64,000 bases of DNA from the NCBI GenBank assembly GCA_034422875.1, contig DAOUJI010000031.1, forward strand, positions 31,604-95,603, in the 5' to 3' direction. Each line of letters begins with the position of its first letter. The first letter of the stretch is position 1. Below the pieces are notes generated by a model, which did not search any database, was not told the origin of the DNA, and was given only the letters and a program-made list of their open reading frames with translations. Of this stretch, positions 21,333 through 30,941 are shown one piece after another. This stretch comes from Dehalococcoidia bacterium. Lineage in GTDB: Bacteria > Chloroflexota > Dehalococcoidia > Lucifugimonadales > JAGWBF01. Both the position numbers and the translations under genes were made by a program.

Positions 21333-22445
21333 CTAATGTCCCTCTTCCTCATGATGATGGGGGGTCATTGCCACTGCTGCAAACACCAAGGTCAGTCCGG
21401 CGAATATCAGCGCCTGTATAAACCCGACCAACAACTCCAGTCCATACACGAGCAGAGTTGCCACGAAAGGCACCAGGAACGCCGATATAAGGACCAATAT
21501 CTCTCCGGCGGTCATGTTCCCGAAAAGCCTGAAAGTGAAGCTGATGACCCTCACGAATTCGCTGAAGGCTTCAAGAGGGCCTATAAAAGCGAAGTCCAGG
21601 AACCCCTGGAACGCTTCAAGGAACCTGCCCCGGAACAGGCCGACTATGCCGCGCTTGAGGCTCCCCACACGGATGAACTTGCCAAAGTAGGGGAACTTTA
21701 TCAGCCACAGGCCCAGGAACTCCACAAACACGAAGGACACCAGCGCCAGGGCCAAAGGCATGTTCAGATCGGTGCCCGCGGGCCGGAGCAGGTGTATGGT
21801 TATGGTCTCGTCACCGAATTTCCAGAAACCGCCCTCTCCGTAGCCCAGGGCCTGGTACAGCGGAAGCAGCCCGATCCAGGCATTGAACATAACGAACAGG
21901 AATATCGTGGCAATGACGGGAAACACCAGGCGTCCCTTATCTTTGCCTACGACGCTCTCTACGAAGTTCAGCAGCGCCTCTATGATCCCCTCAAGCACAT
22001 TCTGGAAGCGGCCGGGGACAAGCTGCATCCGACGTGTCCCGATTACAAAGACGATAATTAACAGCGCCGATACAACCCAGGCTGAAAGGATGGTGTTGCT
22101 TATGACGAACCCTTCCGGGAAGGGGCCGTCATGCACCAGGGTTTCGCCGTCCTGTCCCGTCCGCTCGCCATGGAAGTCGTGGATGTCTTCCGGGTGGACC
22201 TTCTCCTCGTGCTCGGCGTCGAGGAAGTCCAGGTAGCGTTGGCGCTCACTGAAGGGGAAAACGGTCTGGGCCGGCAGGTGGATGGACGGTTCGGGGATGA
22301 TGCCTACGGCGGTCTTGCCCGCCTCTTTGTCTTCGCTGGACTGCGTGAAGGCAGCGCCGATGGAGCCGGTGATGATTCCTGCAAGAAACAGAGCCACCAA
22401 GGCTAACAGCCCTAGAATGACTAATCTCTTGGTCCCTGCCGACAC
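21333..22445 (-). CDS. atpB: Fo ATP synthase subunit a (unusually long, 370 aa)
   Basis: The conserved stator-Arg region is present (SFTFRLFGNMTAGEILV), at the expected operon position. It carries an extra N-terminal TM helix, a soluble insert of about 100 aa, and a C-terminal HHHEEEGH tail. Confidence 0.9.
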   Translation of the reverse strand: MSAGTKRLVILGLLALVALFLAGIITGSIGAAFTQSSEDKEAGKTAVGIIPEPSIHLPAQTVFPFSERQRYLDFLDAEHEEKVHPEDIHDFHGERTGQDGETLVHDGPFPEGFVISNTILSAWVVSALLIIVFVIGTRRMQLVPGRFQNVLEGIIEALLNFVESVVGKDKGRLVFPVIATIFLFVMFNAWIGLLPLYQALGYGEGGFWKFGDETITIHLLRPAGTDLNMPLALALVSFVFVEFLGLWLIKFPYFGKFIRVGSLKRGIVGLFRGRFLEAFQGFLDFAFIGPLEAFSEFVRVISFTFRLFGNMTAGEILVLISAFLVPFVATLLVYGLELLVGFIQALIFAGLTLVFAAVAMTPHHHEEEGH

Positions 22446-22676
22446 TTAGGGGTTACCCCCCTTTTCGCCGGTGTCCTTATCGTTTTCCTTCAGCATTGGT
22501 TGGACCAGCTTATATACTCCGTAAAAGGCGGCGGCGGTTCCCACCAAGACACCCAAGAGTGTAAACAGGGGACGAGTTCCTGTCAGGTGATCCAGCCCAA
22601 GGCCTCCGAGGACTCCTACCACTATGCAGGATGCAACGTACCAGCCTAAGCCCACGAAGCGGAGGGCTGTTCCCAA
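22446..22676 (-). CDS. AtpZ/AtpI-like small membrane protein of the atp operon
   Basis: A 76-aa, two-TM protein (FVGLGWYVASCIVVGVLGGLGLD…LLGVLVGTAAAFYGVYKL). It abuts the atpB start with no gap. Confidence 0.7.
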   Translation of the reverse strand: MGTALRFVGLGWYVASCIVVGVLGGLGLDHLTGTRPLFTLLGVLVGTAAAFYGVYKLVQPMLKENDKDTGEKGGNP

Positions 22677-22784
22677 AGGGCGCCCCCTTCAAAAACCTAG
22701 CGAATCCTATCACTTACCCTTGGGCAAGTCAACAGGATTCCTGTCAACGGAGGTTGGCTCGAAACAAGGCCGGAGCAAACAGCG

Positions 22785-23345
22785 TCAAGAGCTGCTTTGA
22801 GGCTTTTCGAAGTCTTCCAGGTCCAGGCTGTTGATGAAGTCGGTGAAGGCGGACATGCGCCGGAGGTCCTCTTCCTTGACGTCAGGGGCCTCTCCCTCTG
22901 CACCGGCCACGGGCTCTCCCGGCAGGATGGGTTTCCCCGTCTCCTTGTCCATCAATATGCCGGCCTTTTCAAGCACCTGGTCCTCAGCGTATATGGGCAC
23001 GTCCACCCTGACGGCAAGCGCTATGGCGTCGCTGGGACGGGAGTCGATTTCCATATTGTTGCCGTTCACGCTGATGGTTATCTTCGCGTAGAAAGTGTCG
23101 CTCTCCAGGCCGCTCACCAGTATGTGGCTTACCGAGGCGCCCAACGTTTCCAGCACCGACCTGAGCAGGTCGTGGGTCAGGGGGCGGGGCACGGCGATGT
23201 CCTGGAGTTTGACTGCGATGGCGTCCGCTTCGGCCGGCCCTATCCAGATTGGCAGATACCTGTCGGAGTCCTTCTCCTTCAGGATGACTACCCTCTGGTA
23301 GTTCATCATGCTTACTCTTATGCTGTCGATCACCATCTCCGGCAT
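22785..23345 (-). CDS. bifunctional nuclease (DNase/RNase, BFN/DUF151) family protein
   Basis: VVILKEKDSDRYLPIWIGPAEADAIAVKLQ…PRPLTHDLL matches the bifunctional-nuclease domain signature. Confidence 0.75.
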   Translation of the reverse strand: MPEMVIDSIRVSMMNYQRVVILKEKDSDRYLPIWIGPAEADAIAVKLQDIAVPRPLTHDLLRSVLETLGASVSHILVSGLESDTFYAKITISVNGNNMEIDSRPSDAIALAVRVDVPIYAEDQVLEKAGILMDKETGKPILPGEPVAGAEGEAPDVKEEDLRRMSAFTDFINSLDLEDFEKPQSSS

Positions 23346-23458
23346 CAGCGGGGAGCCTCCAAAACGGGTTCAGTGAGCGTTGACCGTGGGAATCATTTTA
23401 GTCGTGCCGTCGTTTGAGTGTCAACCCGAACCGAGTCAAAACAGGCGTCGTTGGGGAC

Positions 23459-25912
23459 CTATGAAGCGTCGTTTTTTTGGATATACGCATAGAATTCGGA
23501 ACTCCACCATTCGTTGTCAAGACGCCTGTCCAGGAAGTAGCCCAGGGCGTCGTCCCAAGCCTCCAGGTCCGTCACCACGTCCTTGAAATAGGAGAAGTCC
23601 TCCTTCAGTTCATGCCCAATGTTCTCTTCCTTTCTGGCCTCGCCGGCCCTGCGATAGCTGTTTTCCGGGAACCACAGGAGGTTCTTCAACCGGTCGGAAC
23701 GTTGGAAGTCCGACAAGTGTTTCCCGTCCCGGCCTGAATGATTGTCGTTAAGGACGATGGCCTGAGCGGCGGGCGGCCCGTCCAGAGCGTTGCAGTAGCT
23801 CTGATAGCCGTCTTCTGACTCCGTCTTGTAGCACTTGAAGACCGCGCTCCCGTTCTTCTGCTCCCACCGCACATACCAGTTCATGGGATACCAGACCTCG
23901 TAGTCGATTTCCACAGCTTCTCGAGGGGCCTGGTCCGTGAGGACTCCCTCGTTAAGCGAATCAACAGCGGACACAATGTCGGCGCTCCCCTGCGCATACA
24001 CCAGCAATTCAATGGGATCGTCATCGTAGCTGTAGCTCGCCCTGAAAGAGACAAAGACGCTGAACCCCAGCAACAGGGCTGCCACACCCAGCCCCGCGGC
24101 GGCGGCGCTCAGCTTAATGGGAGTACTGGCCAGCACGTACAGCAGACCCGCTATCATGCCGCAGACTACGCCCAGAAGCCCCCATTGCTGCCATGACGTC
24201 AGGTCCCCGGTCCCGGTGTATTTCTGGAGCAGGTATACCCCGGACAGGAGAATGAGCGGCGCAAGGGCCATGGGTGTTAAGGCCGCCCCTCCTAGCGCCT
24301 TGCTCCACCGTATATTGTCGATCAGGCGGCCCAGGAACATGCCCGCCAGGAAGATGAAGGGAACCGCCATGTTCACAAGAAGCCAGGGCATCTTCTCTGA
24401 CGCCACTGTGTAGGCCAGCAGCGTCGCCAGAGCCCAGAACCCCAGGACCGCTCCGAAGAGGTTACCCCTTTTAATGAAGTAGATGACAGCGATCCCGCCG
24501 AATATCAGAGGTAAAAACTCGTATATCGAACCTATCATGAAATGGTAGAACCAGGGCTGGCCGCCCCGGGCCACGTCCTGCTGCTCCACCCAGTATCCCA
24601 AGCCCTGCCAGGAGCCCGTATACAGGCCGCCGAACCTGTTGCACAGGCTATGGAAGGCGCTTCCGACTTCTGTGGGACAGAAGCCATGACTCTGAGTAAA
24701 GAAACCGAATACGCTGGTGTAGAAGAAGGTCCACACCAGATAGAAGATTCCGGCGCTTATCAGCCAGACCCTCCACGCCCACGCCAGACCGATGACCACG
24801 GACACCAGGAGAGCGGTGAACAGCACAATGAAGGTGACCAGGTAGTCCCGCCCGATCACCCCCGTGGGGAAGGCAAGGAACAAATAGACCAGTGTGACGG
24901 CGACGGTGAGCGGGACCGTCAGCTGCGCCAGCTGTCTTCCGGTGCGAGTGAAGGCAGTCGCCCCAAGGGGGACAAGGAAGAGGGCCGCAGCCGCCACGGC
25001 ATTGGCGGCCACTGGAATGGGAATAATTGGGAAGTTGATGAAGGGCGGCTGCCAGACGGGAAGCCCTACCTCGGTCACGCCGTCACTCACCAGGTTGACG
25101 CTGCTCAATGCATGTAACGGGATAGCCGCGAGGGCGGACCACTGAGGCAGAGTCAGAGTGATCATGAAAAGCAGGAACACTGGAGCGCGGCTGAGATCCT
25201 GCAACCGTATCTTCTTAGACGCCCATGCGACCAGCTCCGGCAGGGACATCAGGAACAAGGCGGCCCCGAATATTCCCACGACGATGTAGCTGGTCTCCTT
25301 GCTGGCGAATATCAGCGCCAGCAGGGCCGAGGCTACATACAGATACCGGTTTTTTCCCTCATCCAGATATTTCCACATCATCAGGAGAAGGGCCGAGGCA
25401 AAAAAGGCTATGAGTATGTCGTTGCGTCCGAACCTGCTGAAATACATCAGGCTGGGGGACAGCGCCAGCAGCACGGAAGTGACCAGAGCTCCGGCCCTGC
25501 CCATATAGTGGCGGAAGAAATAGGGCAGCATTGCAAGGCCCGCTCCAAACAGCACGTAACCGAGCCGGGACGTGAAGTCGGAGTCGCCGAATATCTTGAA
25601 GATGAAGGCGACCATGTGCACCTGGAAAGGGCCGTGCATCCAGGGGCTGTGCGAGTACCCTTCGCCCTGCGCCATGCGCCAGGAATAATGGACGTGGAGG
25701 CTTTCGTCGTAGTGCATGGTGCGGCCGTCCAGGTCCCATAGCCTGAGCCCAAGCGCCACCGCCGTAATTAGAAGGAAAAGCGCAAGCTCCCACCCCAAGC
25801 GGGGCTTTAGGTCTTCCCACGCGCGGTGCACGAGGGAGGGTTTGGACTCCGGCGCTTCCGAAGTGATGTTATCCTGATCGACCATTTTCCCGGTGAATAA
25901 CCTCTGACTCAA
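23459..25912 (-). CDS. large polytopic GT-C/ArnT-like membrane protein (TIGR03663-like family)
   Basis: 817 aa with more than 12 predicted TM segments, an N-terminal RLWDLDGRTMHYDESLH motif (like PMT/ArnT glycosyltransferases) and a soluble C-terminal domain. It overlaps the upstream partner by 44 nt. Confidence 0.65.
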   Translation of the reverse strand: MSQRLFTGKMVDQDNITSEAPESKPSLVHRAWEDLKPRLGWELALFLLITAVALGLRLWDLDGRTMHYDESLHVHYSWRMAQGEGYSHSPWMHGPFQVHMVAFIFKIFGDSDFTSRLGYVLFGAGLAMLPYFFRHYMGRAGALVTSVLLALSPSLMYFSRFGRNDILIAFFASALLLMMWKYLDEGKNRYLYVASALLALIFASKETSYIVVGIFGAALFLMSLPELVAWASKKIRLQDLSRAPVFLLFMITLTLPQWSALAAIPLHALSSVNLVSDGVTEVGLPVWQPPFINFPIIPIPVAANAVAAAALFLVPLGATAFTRTGRQLAQLTVPLTVAVTLVYLFLAFPTGVIGRDYLVTFIVLFTALLVSVVIGLAWAWRVWLISAGIFYLVWTFFYTSVFGFFTQSHGFCPTEVGSAFHSLCNRFGGLYTGSWQGLGYWVEQQDVARGGQPWFYHFMIGSIYEFLPLIFGGIAVIYFIKRGNLFGAVLGFWALATLLAYTVASEKMPWLLVNMAVPFIFLAGMFLGRLIDNIRWSKALGGAALTPMALAPLILLSGVYLLQKYTGTGDLTSWQQWGLLGVVCGMIAGLLYVLASTPIKLSAAAAGLGVAALLLGFSVFVSFRASYSYDDDPIELLVYAQGSADIVSAVDSLNEGVLTDQAPREAVEIDYEVWYPMNWYVRWEQKNGSAVFKCYKTESEDGYQSYCNALDGPPAAQAIVLNDNHSGRDGKHLSDFQRSDRLKNLLWFPENSYRRAGEARKEENIGHELKEDFSYFKDVVTDLEAWDDALGYFLDRRLDNEWWSSEFYAYIQKNDAS

Positions 25913-28313
25913 AAGGCATTCGCTCGTATATCACTACGCCGCCCCACTGTCCTGCGGGTTTCAAGAATGAACCGAATTCGCCTAATTCCAGCGGACCGTA
26001 TTTCGACCGCTCCCTTGGCCCGGCGTACACGTACCGTACATCGTAAGCTTCCAGCAACTGGCGGACCCGCACAGAATCCTGGCTGGTGTAAATCTCTTCC
26101 ACCAGTTTCTCCCGCTCGCCCAATATATCCAGGTGTCCCCTCCATTGGCGTTGGTGTCCCGGCCAGTTCAATAGAGTGGCCAGTCCAGTGGACGCAGCCA
26201 CCCTACCGTGGTCCGTATAACTGCCTCCAACAGCCTCTACTATCCGGCCTCTCGGCGCTTCATCCCTCAGCCAAAGGATTGCCGAATACTCGTCAGGGCT
26301 GGAGCGCTTCAGGTAGTCCAGGCCGTCCAAAGAGCCTCCGCCACCGCGTATGTACACGTCCCTGGCCGAGGCCACGGGGAAGTATAACGCTCCAAGAATC
26401 AAGACTGCCACTATGCCCAACCACGCAACTCGGACCATATTCGTAGATCGGGGAGACATAACGCTTGTAGAGGGCGGGACCGGTTGTTCCTCGTTTGTGT
26501 CGTCCGATTCATCCTGGGCGTCGCCCGTCCGGCGCCATACGTAGTACAGGCCAACGGCCGACACGACGCCCAGCAGTATCCACGCCTGGTAGTACAGTTT
26601 GAAGATGGTGTTCATACGGGTGCCGAACAGGTCCGACAGGTAGAAGAGTTCGGACCCCATGAGCAAGTAGAAAGCCAGCGCCGCCAGGACGAGCAAATAG
26701 GAAACTGCCGGGTTGGCGCCGGTGCGTTCCCTCAGGGCGAGGGTGTAGAGCGCCGCTCCGACGATGACCATCGCCGGAATCAGGCGGGCAAACCTGACGG
26801 CTATGTCGCCCAAAGCATCCCCAACGCCGCCGTCGAAGGGACTAACCGCCAGCTTTGTTGCCACCCAAAGCACGAAGGGCAGAATCGCTATAGCCGTGAC
26901 CCAACCCAGCAGGCTGGGGTTCCTCCCGGCAATCCCAGGGGTCCGCAGAGCCTGCTTTATCATGAACCCGCCAACGATAGCCAGAGGAAGCCCCCATATC
27001 ATTACGAAGTGGATGGGCCGCGTGCTCATTGCATCCTTAACGGGGAGTATGCCCGACGCCTGGCTGCTCAAATCAGCATAAAAGGGCAAATAGGCGATAA
27101 CAGCGATAGCCAGTACGGGAACCAGCCACCCAAGCATAGGCGCCAACGCCCGCACACTGATTCCTCGGCTCCCGACGGCCTTGGCGGCCACCGCGATCGC
27201 CAATAACGCAGCCATGACCGGGAAGTCCCAGATGTTTATGAAAGCCAGCCCGCCCATGAGCAGCCCTATAGCGATTCCCTCCCACGGGTGGGCCAGCAAC
27301 CTCCTGAAATCCACGTCTTCTCTGGACAGGAACAGATTGAGAATCAGTGCCAGGCTAAGCGCTATGAACGGCAGCGAGTTGACATGGGCGTGCAAGTCGC
27401 CCAGCAAGAAACTGAAGAACGGGACCTCGGTAATGGTGTAGTCCAGGCTTACGCCCTCAACCACGGTGTCGATTATCCTGGACGAACGCCACCACCAGAA
27501 GTAGCTGTCCGGGAAGAAACCTCGGGTCGCGGTGGTGTTTTCGTCCAGGCCTTTTATGCCCAGCCAGTCCCAGAACCCAGGTCCGCCAAGGCCGACGGCA
27601 TTGACAAGCTCCGCCACTCCCTCCAGGTTTCCCACAACCAATATGAACAGGGGAGCTGCAAAGGCGAATGGGATGGCCAGTTTGATGCCGGCTCCCATAA
27701 TGCGGACCAAGTTCAAAGCCAGGCAAAAGGCTCCCCCCGCAGCCAGCGCCGCTATCAGGGCTATGGAGAGGTTATAAGACACACTGGAGGGGATGGCCGT
27801 TAGCTTAGTCAGGAACGCCATCATGAAGTGGCCGAAATAGTAGTAGCTGATGGAGTGACCGGACAGCCAGTGGTCTTCAGGCGGAAAGCTTTCGCTCTTG
27901 AGGATCGAATTGAGAAAGCCGAAGTCCATGGGCTGCTCGGTGTGGTTGATGGCCGGAGCAAAGGACGCCAACGCAACCCATATGATGAAGAACGCCAGGA
28001 AGACGGACTCCGCCGCGATGATGGCTGTCCGTTCCCGCTTCAAGAAGGCCAAGACATCCGGCCCGTTTCTCCAGAGAATCATGGCCGACGGCACAGCGAG
28101 GGCTGCCACAACCAACACTGCGGCCCACTGGAGGTTGGGGAGGACTCCCGCCAGTCCCAACGCCCAGAACAGATAGGACGCAAGAAGCAGGCCGATAACC
28201 TTGGAGAAGATGATGCCCCGGTCAGGCAAGGATCCAAGCAGCCGGTACGTCATCGGCAAGGTGACGATGCCGACCACCTCGATAGCGACAAGCCAGATTA
28301 GCGCTTGGTGCAA
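25869..28313 (-). CDS. DUF2298 / YYY-motif membrane protein (Chloroflexota-Archaea family, TIGR03662-like)
   Basis: 814 aa and polytopic, with the diagnostic HSISYYYFGH motif and a C-terminal soluble domain (DGLDYLK…AILWLR…GHQRQWRG). Confidence 0.7.
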   Translation of the reverse strand: MHQALIWLVAIEVVGIVTLPMTYRLLGSLPDRGIIFSKVIGLLLASYLFWALGLAGVLPNLQWAAVLVVAALAVPSAMILWRNGPDVLAFLKRERTAIIAAESVFLAFFIIWVALASFAPAINHTEQPMDFGFLNSILKSESFPPEDHWLSGHSISYYYFGHFMMAFLTKLTAIPSSVSYNLSIALIAALAAGGAFCLALNLVRIMGAGIKLAIPFAFAAPLFILVVGNLEGVAELVNAVGLGGPGFWDWLGIKGLDENTTATRGFFPDSYFWWWRSSRIIDTVVEGVSLDYTITEVPFFSFLLGDLHAHVNSLPFIALSLALILNLFLSREDVDFRRLLAHPWEGIAIGLLMGGLAFINIWDFPVMAALLAIAVAAKAVGSRGISVRALAPMLGWLVPVLAIAVIAYLPFYADLSSQASGILPVKDAMSTRPIHFVMIWGLPLAIVGGFMIKQALRTPGIAGRNPSLLGWVTAIAILPFVLWVATKLAVSPFDGGVGDALGDIAVRFARLIPAMVIVGAALYTLALRERTGANPAVSYLLVLAALAFYLLMGSELFYLSDLFGTRMNTIFKLYYQAWILLGVVSAVGLYYVWRRTGDAQDESDDTNEEQPVPPSTSVMSPRSTNMVRVAWLGIVAVLILGALYFPVASARDVYIRGGGGSLDGLDYLKRSSPDEYSAILWLRDEAPRGRIVEAVGGSYTDHGRVAASTGLATLLNWPGHQRQWRGHLDILGEREKLVEEIYTSQDSVRVRQLLEAYDVRYVYAGPRERSKYGPLELGEFGSFLKPAGQWGGVVIYERMPFESEVIHRENGRSG

Positions 28314-28390
28314 TTCAATCCGGTTTGGCTATTCGTTGATATGATGATGGGCCTCGGTCGAAAGAACGGCTTCTCATCGTCGCCGGAGCG

Positions 28391-29350
28391 TCAGTCAGAA
28401 GCCGGTTCCAATATTGCGTCTACAAACTCTTCGGGGTCGAACACGGCCATATCTTCCAGTTTTTCCCCTGTCCCAATGAACAGAATGGGCAGGCCCAGGC
28501 TCTCTCTTACCGCCAGTACTATGCCGCCCTTGGCGGTTCCGTCAAGCTTGGCCAGAAACACGCCGGTGCAACCCACAGCCTCGGTGAAGGACTTGGCCTG
28601 GGCAAGCCCGTTATGGCCGGTGGTTGCGTCTAGAATCAGCAGGACCTGGTGGGGAGCTGCGGAGTCCAGCCGCCCGATCACCCTCACTATCTTCTTGAGC
28701 TCTTCCATCAGGTTGGACTTTGTGTGGAGGCGCCCAGCCGTGTCGATAATGAGCACGTCGGCTTTCCGCGCTCTGGCCGCCTGGAACGCGTCGAAGGCCA
28801 CTGCTCCGGGGTCCGCCCCCTGCCGATGGCTGATGACGTCAACGCCGACACGTTGTCCCAGAGCCTGGAGTTGCTCTATAGCCGCGGCGCGGAAGGTGTC
28901 TCCTGCTCCGAGCAGCACCCGTTTTCCGGATTCCTGAAAGTGGTGTGCCAGCTTGGCTATGCTGGTGGTCTTGCCGGCCCCGTTGACCCCCACTACCAAA
29001 ACCACGAGGGGTGTTTCCGAAAGCTCGGCATCGGCATCGAAGTCCGATGGAGAATCGCTCTTCAGTCCGGCCAGCAGTTCCAGCTTCAATGCGTCGAACA
29101 CCTGTTGGGGGTCGTTGTATCTCATGTCGGTGGTGACGGTCCGGAGACGGCCCACCAGTTCGAGAGACGTCTCTACACCCACGTCCGCCGAAATCAGGAC
29201 TTCTTCCAGTTCCTCCCATACGCTGTCGTCGAGTTGGGATGACCGGAGGACTCCCATGATTTTCCCGAACCACGTGTCCCTGGACTTGCGTACGCCCTGC
29301 TGGGTGCGCTCTTTCGTTTCGTTGGGGTCTCTTCTCAGGAAACGGAGCAT
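28391..29350 (-). CDS. ftsY: signal recognition particle receptor FtsY
   Basis: SRP-GTPase motifs GVNGAGKTTSIAKLA, DTAGRLH, TKLDGTAKGG and GTGEKLEDM. Confidence 0.95.
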   Translation of the reverse strand: MLRFLRRDPNETKERTQQGVRKSRDTWFGKIMGVLRSSQLDDSVWEELEEVLISADVGVETSLELVGRLRTVTTDMRYNDPQQVFDALKLELLAGLKSDSPSDFDADAELSETPLVVLVVGVNGAGKTTSIAKLAHHFQESGKRVLLGAGDTFRAAAIEQLQALGQRVGVDVISHRQGADPGAVAFDAFQAARARKADVLIIDTAGRLHTKSNLMEELKKIVRVIGRLDSAAPHQVLLILDATTGHNGLAQAKSFTEAVGCTGVFLAKLDGTAKGGIVLAVRESLGLPILFIGTGEKLEDMAVFDPEEFVDAILEPASD

Positions 29351-29365
29351 GACGTTTCGGCGCTC

Positions 29366-30088
29366 CTACGTGGGAGAGGACTTGAAATGTTTGAACCCGT
29401 TCTCCGCAGCCAGCTTCTCGGCGTCGGACTTGCGCCTGCCGTGTCCCTTGCCCACAACCTCTCCGTCTACCGTGACCTCCACGTTGAAGAGCTTTTCATG
29501 GTCTGGGCCTTGGACGTCGACTAACCTGTATCTGGGTGAACTCATCCCATGCCGCTGCACCAATTCCTGGAGTCTGGACTTGGGGTCCTCCGGCACGGCT
29601 CCACCAGCCAGAAGAGCTTCAAACTCATCCTCTATGGAGGAGAGAACGAACCGCTTGGCCGCTTCGTGGCCGCCGTCGAGAAAGACGGCTCCGACCACGG
29701 CTTCGAAGGCCGCAGCCAGGTTTGACTCACGCTCCCGTCCTCCAGTGGACTCCTCTCCCCTGCCCAACTTCAACGACTGCCCCAGGTCCATCTTTCGGGC
29801 GACCTTTGCCAGCGACGTTCCGCGCACCAGAGCTGAGCGCAACTTGGTCAACTCGCCTTCAGGCAAGTCGGGCCTCTGATGGTAAAGTTCGGCGGTGACA
29901 ATGAGGTTCAACTCGGAATCACCCAGGAACTCCAGCCGTTCGTAGGAATCCCGAGAGCTCTTAGCCGCCCGGTCTTCGTTGACATAGGAAGGATGCACCA
30001 GGGCTTGTTCCAGCAGAGCCGGGTCTTTGAACCGCAGCCCCAGCTTCGTCTCCAACAATGTACGCTTAAAGGGCCAACCTTTGGGCAA
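29366..30088 (-). CDS. rnc: ribonuclease III
   Basis: RNase III signature ERLEFLGDSELNL plus a C-terminal dsRBD (…GKGHGRRKSDAEKLAA). Confidence 0.95.
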   Translation of the reverse strand: MPKGWPFKRTLLETKLGLRFKDPALLEQALVHPSYVNEDRAAKSSRDSYERLEFLGDSELNLIVTAELYHQRPDLPEGELTKLRSALVRGTSLAKVARKMDLGQSLKLGRGEESTGGRERESNLAAAFEAVVGAVFLDGGHEAAKRFVLSSIEDEFEALLAGGAVPEDPKSRLQELVQRHGMSSPRYRLVDVQGPDHEKLFNVEVTVDGEVVGKGHGRRKSDAEKLAAENGFKHFKSSPT

Positions 30089-30244
30089 GCGTTACCTCCG
30101 AAGAGAATCCTCTGGCGACCGATATCGCAAGGGTGAGCAATTGCATATGAGTTTGGGGCTAGCGGCCCTCGCCGTGGATTCTATCACCCGTGCCTTGAAT
30201 AGCAAAGAAAGGGCTCCGGTGCGTCTCGGCTATCCAAAGGCGAC

Positions 30245-30859
30245 TCACGAACTCGTCGCGGCCAGCATCTCCTCGGTGATTTCGGCCAGCTTTTCCTCGT
30301 TCAGCGGACCTTGCCACAGTCTGTACAGGTCGCCGTCGGCCGTGATGAACGCCGTGGCGGGTATGCCCAATACTCTGTACTTCTTGACTATGTCCGCGTC
30401 ATCGGTGTATCCCGCCGGGAAGGTGATTCCCAGTTCTTCCAATAGGGCTCTCCCGTCGTCCCTGGCGCCGAGACCGAACACACCTCCGACGTCGAGGCCG
30501 AACATATTAATCTGGTCATTGTGAGTGTCGTAGAAGGCCTGAAAGTCCGGAAGTTCCGCCCTGCAGGGGGGACACAGGCCGCCCCAGAAATTAAGCGCCA
30601 GGGGTTTCCCCTGAAGGTCGCTCAGTTGCAGCATTTCCCCGCCCAGAACATCCGAACCCTGGTATGCGTTCAAGGTGAAGTCCGGGGCCGGTTTCAAGTC
30701 GAGAGCGTTATCCTCGACCTCCGTGGTAAAGGTTGGCGTCGCGTCCCCTCCGCCTGAGCCGCCGCAGGCCCCGGCGACCGACATCAGCGCCATAGCCGCA
30801 GCAAAGGCTAGAACCCATGCCAATGTTGGAAAACGTAAGCGGAGGCTCGACTTTGACAT
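30245..30859 (-). CDS. TlpA-like thiol:disulfide oxidoreductase lipoprotein
   Basis: A signal peptide with lipobox (SVAGAC) and a thioredoxin fold with the motif WGGLCPPCRAELP. Confidence 0.8.
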   Translation of the reverse strand: MSKSSLRLRFPTLAWVLAFAAAMALMSVAGACGGSGGGDATPTFTTEVEDNALDLKPAPDFTLNAYQGSDVLGGEMLQLSDLQGKPLALNFWGGLCPPCRAELPDFQAFYDTHNDQINMFGLDVGGVFGLGARDDGRALLEELGITFPAGYTDDADIVKKYRVLGIPATAFITADGDLYRLWQGPLNEEKLAEITEEMLAATSS

Positions 30860-30941
30860 ATGCGAGAAGACTTCCTTCCTGATGGACTATACGTTCCTGG
30901 GTGGATCGACCCTGCGAGAGGCGATGTGTTCCCTACTATTT

